Assembly (NCBI GenBank): GCA_963650165.1
Contig: CAVJKX010000008.1
Coordinates: 1,302-65,301, forward strand
Length of the DNA stretch: 64,000 nucleotides
From: a bacterium
Lineage (GTDB): Bacteria > Bacillota > Clostridia > Oscillospirales > Oscillospiraceae
Direction of reading: 5' to 3'
Positions 9,823 through 18,996 of the stretch are shown here, in pieces (the first letter of the stretch is position 1; each line of letters opens with the position of its first letter). Position numbers and translations under genes: made by a program. The notes under the pieces were generated by a model that had not been told where the DNA came from, did not search any database, and saw only the letters and a list, made by a program, of their open reading frames with translations.

Positions 9823-10665
9823 TCAGCCGCACATCTCGGGCCAGGTATCTGCAAGCAGCTCGGATACGGCGCTGAAGTTTGCCTTTGCCGCCTCGGCGAC
9901 GCCGGTGGCCAGTATCGCGTCGTTGATGACCTCAACGCCTACGACTGCGGGCGAAACGCCCTTGGCCTTTATCATATCGACAAAGCCTGCGGAGTTGCCG
10001 TAGCCCTTGCCGGGGAGTGCGCGGTCGTGCATGGATTCGTCGCGGAGTATCGCCGCGGCGTAGGCACGGGCCTGCACGTCGTTGAGCTGGATGGAAACGA
10101 TCTTCTCTGCGGGGATATCGGCCATGAGCTCGGGATCGTAGCTCTGTCCGGCTCTGATCCAGTGCCAGGAGTCGAGAATGAGCTTTGCGTTGTCGCAGCC
10201 GGAGGCCTTCACGACCTCCCATGCCTTGCGCACACCGGGAAGACCGCTGTAGGGCATGGGCTCGACGCCGATGGTGTACTTGCCTGCGCGGCCGCACAGC
10301 TCCTTGAGCTTCTGCGCGGTCCACTCGACGGAGTAGTTCTCCATCAGGCCGCAGTTTATATGGTTAACGCCGAACAGCTCGCACATGTGGAAGCACATCT
10401 GCTCCTTGTACTTTTCCTCATACGAGCGCTTTTCCTCCGCCCACTGGACGATGTACTCGACCTCGGTGACCTTCATATCGTACTTCTCGAGGATGGCGAG
10501 GATGTCGCTGTCGAAAAGTCCTTCGTTGAGGGCATCCACATAGGTCTCTGCACGCAGGCCTATTCCCTCGAAGCCCGCAGCCTTCGCCGCGCTCACGCGC
10601 TCTTCAAAGCTGCACTGATCGCCGAGTGTCCAAGAACTGACTGTGATGGGATGCTGTTTGCTCAT
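9823..10665 (-). CDS. xylose-isomerase-like TIM-barrel protein (sugar phosphate isomerase/epimerase; possible dehydroshikimate dehydratase by context)
   Basis: 280 aa with the pattern typical of AP-endonuclease-2/xylose-isomerase-like barrels (GFEGIGL, E..MP, D.WHW). The specific activity is inferred only from neighbours. Confidence 0.6.
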   Translation of the reverse strand: MSKQHPITVSSWTLGDQCSFEERVSAAKAAGFEGIGLRAETYVDALNEGLFDSDILAILEKYDMKVTEVEYIVQWAEEKRSYEEKYKEQMCFHMCELFGVNHINCGLMENYSVEWTAQKLKELCGRAGKYTIGVEPMPYSGLPGVRKAWEVVKASGCDNAKLILDSWHWIRAGQSYDPELMADIPAEKIVSIQLNDVQARAYAAAILRDESMHDRALPGKGYGNSAGFVDMIKAKGVSPAVVGVEVINDAILATGVAEAAKANFSAVSELLADTWPEMCG

Positions 10666-10681
10666 TTTAATTTTCCTCCTT

Positions 10682-11902
10682 TTATTCTGCGGCCGGCTGT
10701 GCCTGCGCCGCCGTGTCGGTTTCTATACGTCTGTTTAAAACTACTGCGAGGATTATGCCTATAAGGGTCACCGCCATATTGAACAGCAGCACATACCGCG
10801 GGCCGTCCGTGCCGGAGACTCGGGTGATGAGGCTTGCCGCGTTAAGTACGGCGTAGTTTGCAACGGATGAGGATATCATGACTATCGAGGTGATGACGCC
10901 GCGGTTTTTGGGGAACATTTCGTTTGCGACCGAGGTGACGAGCTGGAGAACGCCGCCGGCTGCGAAGAAGCCCACGAAGAAGCCGCCGACCAGGCACACC
11001 GCCGGTACCTGAACGAGGAATACGACGCCGAGAGTGATGAACGCGCAGGTCGGATACACTATGAGTATCTTTGCCGGCTTGACTCCCCTGCCGAGCAGCG
11101 CCGCGTTTATGAACAGGGCGGCGACGATGCCGAGGGAGTACCAGGTCTGGATCATGCTGGGGTTCGTCAGACCGTAGAGCGTGCCGAGCTCCTGATTGCA
11201 GTTCATCCAGAGCATGAAGGTCGTGGAGGTGGTAAAGCCGAGAGCTATGAGGATGACCGCCGACGGGGTGAAGCGCATCTTTTCCTTTTCGCCCGTCTCC
11301 GTCTTTGCCGCCTGCTCGCGCGGCGGGAAGGGCAGGAACGCGAGCGCGATGCCGTCTATTATGATTATTGCCGCTCCGGCGAGGAACACGGTGTTGAAGG
11401 GAAGGCCGTTTGCGTCAACGGCGAGTATCGCAAAGGGCAGAAGGAACTGCGACAGGGATACGGCAAGCTTCGTGAAGATGTTTGCTATCGTTCCCTTCTC
11501 CTTGAATATCTCCATGCAGGAGGGGGTGATGCTCGTATCGAGGAAGGAGTTTGCCATGCCGCTTACTATCGCAAAGGCGTAGCCCCAATACATGTTCGTC
11601 GTAAAGGTGATGCCGGTGAAGAACACGGCGTACAGCGCACAGCCTATCAGCGCCGAGAGCCTTCTGCCGAACTTATCCGAGAGCGGGCCTGCGACGGGGA
11701 AGGCTATCAGACGGCCCAGGCCGATGGCGGCGATGACGGCGACGACGGCGGATATGTCGTAAACTCCGTCCGCGCCGGGAGCCGAGCCCCAGAGTGCCGC
11801 GAACTCCTGCTTGTAGTGTCCCATGACCGATGAGGATATGCCGAGCACGAAGTACGTTATATACAGCGCAAGGGCTGTCGGGTAGTAGCGTTTCTGGCTC
11901 AT
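10682..11902 (-). CDS. MFS transporter
   Basis: 406 aa, ~12 hydrophobic segments, GPLSDKFGRR loop 2-3 signature. Confidence 0.85.
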   Translation of the reverse strand: MSQKRYYPTALALYITYFVLGISSSVMGHYKQEFAALWGSAPGADGVYDISAVVAVIAAIGLGRLIAFPVAGPLSDKFGRRLSALIGCALYAVFFTGITFTTNMYWGYAFAIVSGMANSFLDTSITPSCMEIFKEKGTIANIFTKLAVSLSQFLLPFAILAVDANGLPFNTVFLAGAAIIIIDGIALAFLPFPPREQAAKTETGEKEKMRFTPSAVILIALGFTTSTTFMLWMNCNQELGTLYGLTNPSMIQTWYSLGIVAALFINAALLGRGVKPAKILIVYPTCAFITLGVVFLVQVPAVCLVGGFFVGFFAAGGVLQLVTSVANEMFPKNRGVITSIVMISSSVANYAVLNAASLITRVSGTDGPRYVLLFNMAVTLIGIILAVVLNRRIETDTAAQAQPAAE

Positions 11903-12037
11903 ATCGTTTCTCCCGTCCTTTCAGAATTTTTGTTTTCCGGTCTGTACCGCTCCGGGCGGCTGCCCCGCCCTGCGGTTCGATGGTCAAAGCATAGCATGTT
12001 GTGCTTTTTTTAACAAATCGTTAAAATGAATAAAGCT

Positions 12038-12052
12038 ATAGATTTTTTCTAT
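12038..12052. promoter_or_regulatory. LysR-type T-N11-A box candidate
   Basis: ATAGA-TTTTT-TCTAT inverted repeat in the divergent MFS/LysR intergenic region, ~46 nt upstream of the LysR ATG. Confidence 0.4.
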
Positions 12053-12097
12053 CGTTTATGTAATAATAGATGCTGTCGGAAGAGGAGGAGCAGAACG

Positions 12098-12982
12098 ATG
12101 AACCTGTCACACCTGAGATACTTTGTCCGCCTGGCGGAGACGAAGCACTACACCAAGGCCGCCGAGCAGATGTACATATCGCAGCCGAGCCTGAGCCACG
12201 CGATAGCGCAGCTTGAGCAGGAGCTCGGCGTGCCGCTGTTTGAAAAGAACGGACGCAGCGTTGAGCTCACGCGCTTCGGCGAGGAGTTTTTAAAGCAGGT
12301 GCGCCAGTCGCTGGAGATACTCGACGACAGCATCGATTACCTGCACCGTATCGCCGCCGGAAACGGCATCGTGCGGCTCGGTCTGCTGCGCACGCTGGGC
12401 ATAGAATACGTCCCTGCCCTCGCGGCGCAGTTCAAGCGCCTGAACGCGGACAAGGACGTTGATTTCACCTTTTTCACCGGCGTAACTTCGGATATTATGC
12501 ACAAATTGCAGCGGCACGAATTGGATATTGTGCTCAGCTCCAAGGCCCCTGAGGTGTATAAATTCGACTCCGTTCCCGTCAAGAAGCAGGACCTTGTGCT
12601 CATAGTTCCGCCGCATCACCGCCTCGCCGCGCAGCACACGGCGGAGCTTTCCGAGGTGCTGGACGATCCCTTTATCCAGTACACGCCCGGCTCGGGCCTG
12701 CGGCACGTCATAAACGACATGTTCGAGCAGATCTCCGCCCGCCCGAACATCGCGTATGAGATACAGGAGGATCAGGTCATCGCCGGTCTCGTCGCGCAGG
12801 GCTTCGGCGTGGCTGTCGTACCGTATATGGAAATGCTGCTGCGGCTGAACGTGAAGATCCTTCAGATATCGCGTCCGGTGCCGAACCGCATGTTCTATCT
12901 CGTGACCGATCCGACGATGACCCTCTCCCCCGCCGCGGAGGAATTCAGGCGCTTTGTCCTGTCGCAGAGTGAGGCGCAGTGA
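12098..12982 (+). CDS. LysR-family transcriptional regulator
   Basis: MNLSHLRYFVRLAETKHYTKAAEQMYISQPSLSHAIAQLEQELGVPLFEK is the canonical LysR HTH. GGAGGAG RBS; the track start at 12026 is an extension. Confidence 0.9.
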   Translation: MNLSHLRYFVRLAETKHYTKAAEQMYISQPSLSHAIAQLEQELGVPLFEKNGRSVELTRFGEEFLKQVRQSLEILDDSIDYLHRIAAGNGIVRLGLLRTLGIEYVPALAAQFKRLNADKDVDFTFFTGVTSDIMHKLQRHELDIVLSSKAPEVYKFDSVPVKKQDLVLIVPPHHRLAAQHTAELSEVLDDPFIQYTPGSGLRHVINDMFEQISARPNIAYEIQEDQVIAGLVAQGFGVAVVPYMEMLLRLNVKILQISRPVPNRMFYLVTDPTMTLSPAAEEFRRFVLSQSEAQ

Positions 12983-13053
12983 GAGGCAGATATAGTAAAC
13001 GCTCATGATTTGATAGTTTTTTTGCATCGTTTTCGGACGATCAGATACGAAAA

Positions 13054-13080
13054 ACCCGCTGCTTTCAAAAAGCAGCGGGT
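13054..13080. terminator. terminator closing the 16.8-kb minus-strand operon (and the LysR gene)
   Basis: ACCCGCTGCTTT-caaaa-AGCAGCGGGT; on the minus strand it is followed by TTTTCG. Confidence 0.7.
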
Positions 13081-13101
13081 CAAATTTTGCCGTTTTTCGG
13101 T

Positions 13102-14406
13102 TTATTGGTGGTACAGATATCTCTGCGGAGCTTCCTTTGCCTTTTCGTACAGGGTCTCGGAGACGATGGCGCCGTACTGATCGCGCAGCTGCGTGCCGTA
13201 GCTTTCGGGCAGGCTGCCGCCGGCGAGGGCGATCTGCGATGCCGGAACGCTGCACTTTATCGTCGCGTCGGAATCGTTATACACTGAGGAGACATAGTCC
13301 CTTTCGGTATTGACCGCGATCGAGCCGAGCGTTATCCTGTCGAAGTTTACCGTCAGCTTTTCGCCGCTCATATTGAGCCTGCACTTCACCTCGGTGATGA
13401 TGCCCGGCACCCAGACGGAAAACTGCGTCTTGTATCCGTCGTCGCCGTAGCTTTCAAAGCAGCTGAGATACTTCTGGTTCAGGTTCCGGTTGAGCGAGGA
13501 GCTGTAGGCCATGTCGAGCCTGTAGGTCTTTTTGCTGCCGTAACCGTTTTTGTCGATGTAGCTCATATCGATATAAAAGGTCTGCACCTCGTCGTTGTCG
13601 GCATAGCTGAGATCGATGGGGTTTTCCACATTGAAATAGAAGGTGTATTTATACATGCTCTCCTCGTCGCTGTGGGCATAGGCCTGATTTATATCGCCGT
13701 CGGAGTCCGCGACGCATTTTTTGAGCACGGCAGTGTCGATCACCGCGTTGTACTGGTCTCTGAACTGGCCGGCATATTCCGTGCCGCTGCCGGCGGCTAT
13801 GCTGCTCATTTCCTTTTCGGTGAGCCCCTCTCCGCCGTGCTCGGCAAAGTAGGGCGAATTGCTCTCGTCGATGACCGAGCTCTCCATCGAGCAGTATATT
13901 CTCGCCGAGGAATCGTTGTAGGCCGAGGAGACATAGTCGGTGTTGCTGTTTATCCGTTTGCCGTTGCAGTAGATGCTCTGCACCTCGAACGACAGGCGCT
14001 CGCCGCCGTCCATGTTGAGCAGTATGTCTATCCTGCTGAGCTTGCCGGGGAGCGTAACATCGTAGCTCGTGTAGCATTCATCGTCGTTCGGCCTTATGAA
14101 ATGCTCCTTGAGAAAGTCGGCGTTTTTATTTGAGCTGCCGTTCCACGACATGTCAAAGCGCTCGCTTTTTTCGCTCTGATAACCGTTCTGACCCTTGTAA
14201 TAATAGTCAAAGTACAGGACGTTCACGGCGTCCCTGTCCATGCTCGTTGAGTCGCAGGGATTGCTGACCTTGATGTTCACCGTGTAGACGTATTCGCTCA
14301 CGCCGTCGGCCGCGCCGTTTGCCGCGAGCGCCGAGGGCGCTGCGGCAAGGGACAGGGCAAGGCACACGGCGCACAGGAGCGCAGTCGTTTTTCTGATCCT
14401 TTTCAC
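13102..14406 (-). CDS. secreted protein with two internal ~200-aa repeats, unknown family (434 aa)
   Basis: GTG start 3 nt after the giant gene's stop. Signal peptide MKRIRKTTALLCAVCLALSLAAAPSALA. Repeat 1 (YVYTVNIKVSNP...LYFDYYYKGQNGYQSEKSERFDMSW...DYVSSAYNDSSARIYCS) parallels repeat 2 (YKYTFYFNVENP...FYIDMSYIDKNGYGSKKTYRLDMAY...DYVSSVYNDSDATIKCS). Each repeat is followed by a (Q)FRDQYNAVI / LRDQYGAIV segment. Confidence 0.8.
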   Translation of the reverse strand: MKRIRKTTALLCAVCLALSLAAAPSALAANGAADGVSEYVYTVNIKVSNPCDSTSMDRDAVNVLYFDYYYKGQNGYQSEKSERFDMSWNGSSNKNADFLKEHFIRPNDDECYTSYDVTLPGKLSRIDILLNMDGGERLSFEVQSIYCNGKRINSNTDYVSSAYNDSSARIYCSMESSVIDESNSPYFAEHGGEGLTEKEMSSIAAGSGTEYAGQFRDQYNAVIDTAVLKKCVADSDGDINQAYAHSDEESMYKYTFYFNVENPIDLSYADNDEVQTFYIDMSYIDKNGYGSKKTYRLDMAYSSSLNRNLNQKYLSCFESYGDDGYKTQFSVWVPGIITEVKCRLNMSGEKLTVNFDRITLGSIAVNTERDYVSSVYNDSDATIKCSVPASQIALAGGSLPESYGTQLRDQYGAIVSETLYEKAKEAPQRYLYHQ

Positions 14407-14409
14407 GGC

Positions 14410-17400
14410 TCACGCCCCCTTCATATAAACGTCGTAGGCCACAAACTCACGGTTGAGCGCGTTCATGTCGACCTGGCGGTCCTCCCGGACGGCATTGTCG
14501 GTGCGGCTCGCGTAGAGATACACCCTGTTGTCCGTTATGTGGTCGCCGCCGTCGATGACCGCGACCGTGCCCTCGTTGAGGTTCACGCGGTTTCCGTTGA
14601 CGTCGAATACATGCTCCCATGTATTGTAGTCGTCGTTTATCATGCCGTAGTCCTTGCAGGCAAGACCCAGCTTTGCGATCGGATAGGCGGTGTCCTTGGT
14701 CATGGTCGTGGTGTAATACAGATATATCTGCTTTCCGCCGCTGCCCGAATTGAGGGACACGGCCTTTGATCCGTCCGCATCCGCGGCCGAGGTGTATTCG
14801 TCTCGCGCGCTTTCGTAAACGACGCCGTTTACGGTGATCGTTTTCTGATGCGGCTGGCCGACGGTCAGAACGATATCCCTGACGGCCTTTCTCGCAACGC
14901 CCTTGGTGACCTCGGATCTGGTCAGGGTGTATCTCGAGTAGCCGATGTAGATGTATTCGCCGCCCGTGCCGCGGTTTATATCCAGATTAACGCAGATATT
15001 GCAGCCGAGGCTCAGCAGGTTTGCCTGCGCCTCCTTTGCGGTCTTGCCGTGGCCGACGTAGATGGCGCCCATCATCGTCGCCGTATCCTCATAGCTCATG
15101 TGGATAAAGCTCGACACCTCGGTGTCGCCGTAGAGCTTGATATTTGTTCCGCTGCTGTCGGCCTTTGTCGACATTGCCGTCGCGCAGTCGGCCTCATAGA
15201 CGTTCGAGCTCACGCTTATATCCGTTATCGGCATGCCGGGGCTCGCGCCGCCCGAGGTCGTGTAGTAGAGATAATACGAGCCCTTCGGATCGGGTATCAT
15301 GTCTCCGGCCTTGGTGTAGGTCACGGTGCCGACCTGGATAGTCGGCGGGGCTGTCGTCTTGTCGGTGACGTATCTTATTATGCCCGTGATGGCATCCGAC
15401 TGCACGTTCGTTCTCGACACGCCTATGTACGAGACCGTTTCCGGCTTCGCATCGGCGTTCGAGTAAAAGCTCTGCGAGCTGTCGAGCGCGATATTGGCCG
15501 GAATGATCTCGTCGGTGCACTGCGACAGGAGGCTCTGGATACAGTAGTCGCTGCCGGAGGCCTTGAGCAGGGTCTTCATCTCGTCGGTGTAGTCGGAAAG
15601 CGAGCTTCCGGCCGCCTTGCTCATGGTGAAGGTCGAAACGCAGATCGAGGAGATGTATTTTTTCTGCACGGGCGTGGCCTTGCGCTGGTAGATATACACC
15701 GGCGTGAGGCTGTCTCCGCTGGAGATGTACTTGGAATTGGTCGTATTATAGCCGAGGTTGTGCGCCTGCGTGCGGTTCGGGGTCTTGAAATCCTGAACGC
15801 TCACGAAGCCGTCGGGCACCGTGCTGTCGGACGATACGACTATGTCGTCAACGGTCAGGGGCGTTCCGCCCTCCATGGGGCCGAGCACATATATGCCCTT
15901 GCCGCGCACGCCGCTGCTCGACCACGAGACGTTCTCATAGTCCTCGGGCGCAAGCTCCGTCGTCATTTCCTTCTGCTCTATGCCCGTCGACGTGCCGCTG
16001 CCGCTGGCGAACTGATAGGAGTGCGTTGCGTAAATGCCGCGCATGTAATACTCCGCCGCGCTTCCGCCGCTGACCAGATACGGCAGCTCGAACATGACGT
16101 CGCACACTGCATACGCGCCGCTCGAGACCGTTCCGAGATATACGGGAACGTACAGGTTCCCTGGTGCCGAGGTGTACGATGCTATGCCGTATATGGCCCT
16201 GTAGGGATTATGCGTCGTGGTATAGCATATATAGGTCTCCACGTTCTGCGCCCAGCGCTCCTCGGATACCATGCCGTGCACGTCCGAGGGGAGCTTTATT
16301 TTTGCCCCGCAGGTCAGGCTCAGATCGAATTTTTTAAGCTTCAGAGCCTTTATATAATCGTCTGCCGAATTGTTGAGCTTTCCGCTTCCGTTTCCGGCCA
16401 CGAGAACGATGCCGGAGATGTATTCCTCGCCGTCGGTGTATGCAACGGAGGGTCTGAAGTACAGATACACGCCCTGATCGTTCCAGTGCTCGTGGGTCTG
16501 CGAGCTGTGATCCCTTTCAACGGTATTGTCCACCTCGCTGCCGACGTTGAGATTGAAGGCGTTGCCGCCGCAGAAGAGGTTTATGGGCTCGTAGCCCTCG
16601 GGGATATCGTCGAGCGAATACTTCACCAGCAGGTCGGCAAGTATGGGCGAGCCGGCCGACTTATACGAGGTATAGTAGAGCGTATCGCCCGCAGGGGTCG
16701 TTCCGCAGGAGGTGTATGAGGCGCTGCCGTAGAGGAAGGCCGACGAGCTGTTTCTCGCCGATATTCTTATATCCGTCACGGCGTCGGCTGCGTTCGTCGT
16801 CGTCGTATAGCCCAGATAGGTGTATTTCTTCAGCGAGGCGGTGACGGGCGTAAGGTTCACGTCCAGAACATTATAGCCGCCCTTGGTGAGCGCCGCCTTG
16901 GCCGCAGTCTCCGTGCTCTCGACGGAAAGCTTGAGCTTTGAGATATACTGTCCGTCGTTTTTGACCTCCGCGCCGTCGGTATCGGTCTCCTCGCCCTCGT
17001 TTATGACCTTGTCCGTCGTGCGGCAGAACATATAGACCGCGCAGGAATTCGAGCGCGTGTTCGCGTTGAGGTTTGCCGCGGCGACCTCGCCGAAGCACTT
17101 GACGGCCTTATAGCCGAGGGGCGTTGAGTTGTCGTTGTACTGCACCGTTATAAGATCGTCTATCTGCGAGGATTGGATCGGATCGCCCGCGTAGCTGCTC
17201 GTGCTCGTATAAAGGGCGTTCCACCTCTTCGCGTTGCCGCCGTTTATATTGGCCGGGCTTCCGTTCAGATCGACGGCGGTATATTTGACGTATCTGTTGT
17301 TTGCAACGTCGAATATGACCGTCGGTATCGGCGTGAAGTCCTCCGCGTCATCCTCGGTGAAGGTGTCCCATATGTACTTTACAAGCAGCGCGATGAGTAT

Positions 17401-18996
17401 GACGATCATGGCCGCGGCCGCGATATAGCTGAGCACTATGATCGCGCAGCCGAGAACGCCGAGTATCGTGCCCAGCGCGCCCAAGCCCGTGCCGGCGCAG
17501 CAGATCGCCCACATGCTCACCGAACCCGTGAAGGCCGCTGTAAAGACGAACGCGCCTATGGCCGAGGTCACCACGTCAACCAGAACGACCGCGAGACCCA
17601 GAACCAGCGAGGCTATGCCGACCATTGACTTTGCCGTCGAGAGGAAGTTGTCCACATCGTCGGGCGTGGTCAGGGTATTGTATATCTGTCCGGCGGTGTT
17701 CGTCCTGTAGGCGTCCTGCGTGACGGCGACCTTCTGCTCAAAGGCCGTCTGATCGGTGCCTATCCAGACGGACATGCTGTCCTTGCCGCTCTGCGAGGAT
17801 ATCTCCTGCCGTATCGCCTCGGCCTGCTTTTCGGCCTCGGCTATAAGATCCTCGTTGTTCGTCAGATAGACGACGGAGAAGGCTACGCCGCACAGGCGCA
17901 TCATTGCAAGCTGACCGTCGGTGAGGCTGTCCACAAGGGGGTATATCTTCCTCAGATTTGCCGTCTCGTCATAGGATGAGTTGCCGAGCGCAACGATGTA
18001 GTCGGCAAGGCTTGTCGTCTCGTCGTAGGAATACTGACTGAGTATGTTGTAGGCCGCCAGGAAGAGCGCGTCGCCGTCGTTGGTCTCGATCTCGCCGCCG
18101 GTGGCCACATCCTCCGCGAGCTGCTCGTTCATTTCGGTATCGCTCTCGTCGGTGACGCTCGTCTGTGCGATCTTGCCGCCGTTTGCCGCATAGCGCGCGG
18201 CCGCTTCGTTGTAGCTCTGCGAGAAGGACTGGAGGCCGGAGGCGAGCTCCTTTGCAAGGACCTTGTACTGCGCGTCGAGCTTATTGTTGTTATCGCCGCT
18301 TGCAAGCTCCGCCTGCACGGTCGAGGAGGATATCCTCGACGCCCAGTTATCGTCGCCGTAATCGGCGACGCCGGGTACGAGCGCATTGCAGAAGGCAGAC
18401 ACGACCGGAGTGCTCGCGCGGGAGAGTATCTTCTTGACGAAGTCGATGCCGCAGCTGCCGCTGACCATGTAGTCGCCGAGCTTCGTACCGCCGAGCTCAT
18501 CGATGTAGTAGCTGTTGAGTATCTTGACCGCCGCTATGGCCGCGGGGCTTCCGGCACTGTAATTGTCGGCAAACTCGCTGACGGCATAGCTTATCTCCAT
18601 GGGGATGTTCCCGAGCTTTTCCATCGCCTTTTCGGCGACCTCGCTGTAGGAGCAGTCCTGATAGCCGCTGTTCATCTGCAGGAGCGATATATCTGTTATC
18701 GCCTCGTCTGGGTCGGTCGTCGTCTTATAGCCGACGATGTATATCCCGTCGTCGGCGCTGTCGCTGTCATTGCTGCGGTTTATGTTCTTTTTGACGGCGG
18801 TATAGCCTGCCGACTCGCAGCTTTTTATCGCTTCGGCAAGGCTGCCGCCGCTGAACACCTGCACCTCGGAGATGTATTTGGAATCGTTCTCCGCCGTGAC
18901 CGCGACCGCGTTCCCCACGTCCGTGAACAGGAGCGCGAACACCAGCAGCAGGCAGAGCGAGGCTGTGATGAAATGAAGCTTTCTGTTTTCTGTCAT
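14410..18996 (-). CDS. giant (1528 aa) exported membrane protein with a central TM cluster and many copies of the operon's repeat motif
   Basis: ATG at 18996 overlaps the upstream stop (ATGA) and follows a GGAGGCGGGGAG purine run. Signal/anchor LHFITASLCLLLVFALLFT. The N-terminal ~600 aa align by eye with the 744-aa paralogs (YISEVQV...GYKTTTDPDEAITDISLL; RKIYPLVDSLTDGQ vs RYMLYPLVSVLSEGQ; DFTPIP after the TMs). The C-terminal ~880 aa carry repeated YLGYTTT../..YLYYTT..PITDI blades. The track ORF start at 19254 is an extension. Confidence 0.85.
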   Translation of the reverse strand: MTENRKLHFITASLCLLLVFALLFTDVGNAVAVTAENDSKYISEVQVFSGGSLAEAIKSCESAGYTAVKKNINRSNDSDSADDGIYIVGYKTTTDPDEAITDISLLQMNSGYQDCSYSEVAEKAMEKLGNIPMEISYAVSEFADNYSAGSPAAIAAVKILNSYYIDELGGTKLGDYMVSGSCGIDFVKKILSRASTPVVSAFCNALVPGVADYGDDNWASRISSSTVQAELASGDNNNKLDAQYKVLAKELASGLQSFSQSYNEAAARYAANGGKIAQTSVTDESDTEMNEQLAEDVATGGEIETNDGDALFLAAYNILSQYSYDETTSLADYIVALGNSSYDETANLRKIYPLVDSLTDGQLAMMRLCGVAFSVVYLTNNEDLIAEAEKQAEAIRQEISSQSGKDSMSVWIGTDQTAFEQKVAVTQDAYRTNTAGQIYNTLTTPDDVDNFLSTAKSMVGIASLVLGLAVVLVDVVTSAIGAFVFTAAFTGSVSMWAICCAGTGLGALGTILGVLGCAIIVLSYIAAAAMIVILIALLVKYIWDTFTEDDAEDFTPIPTVIFDVANNRYVKYTAVDLNGSPANINGGNAKRWNALYTSTSSYAGDPIQSSQIDDLITVQYNDNSTPLGYKAVKCFGEVAAANLNANTRSNSCAVYMFCRTTDKVINEGEETDTDGAEVKNDGQYISKLKLSVESTETAAKAALTKGGYNVLDVNLTPVTASLKKYTYLGYTTTTNAADAVTDIRISARNSSSAFLYGSASYTSCGTTPAGDTLYYTSYKSAGSPILADLLVKYSLDDIPEGYEPINLFCGGNAFNLNVGSEVDNTVERDHSSQTHEHWNDQGVYLYFRPSVAYTDGEEYISGIVLVAGNGSGKLNNSADDYIKALKLKKFDLSLTCGAKIKLPSDVHGMVSEERWAQNVETYICYTTTHNPYRAIYGIASYTSAPGNLYVPVYLGTVSSGAYAVCDVMFELPYLVSGGSAAEYYMRGIYATHSYQFASGSGTSTGIEQKEMTTELAPEDYENVSWSSSGVRGKGIYVLGPMEGGTPLTVDDIVVSSDSTVPDGFVSVQDFKTPNRTQAHNLGYNTTNSKYISSGDSLTPVYIYQRKATPVQKKYISSICVSTFTMSKAAGSSLSDYTDEMKTLLKASGSDYCIQSLLSQCTDEIIPANIALDSSQSFYSNADAKPETVSYIGVSRTNVQSDAITGIIRYVTDKTTAPPTIQVGTVTYTKAGDMIPDPKGSYYLYYTTSGGASPGMPITDISVSSNVYEADCATAMSTKADSSGTNIKLYGDTEVSSFIHMSYEDTATMMGAIYVGHGKTAKEAQANLLSLGCNICVNLDINRGTGGEYIYIGYSRYTLTRSEVTKGVARKAVRDIVLTVGQPHQKTITVNGVVYESARDEYTSAADADGSKAVSLNSGSGGKQIYLYYTTTMTKDTAYPIAKLGLACKDYGMINDDYNTWEHVFDVNGNRVNLNEGTVAVIDGGDHITDNRVYLYASRTDNAVREDRQVDMNALNREFVAYDVYMKGA

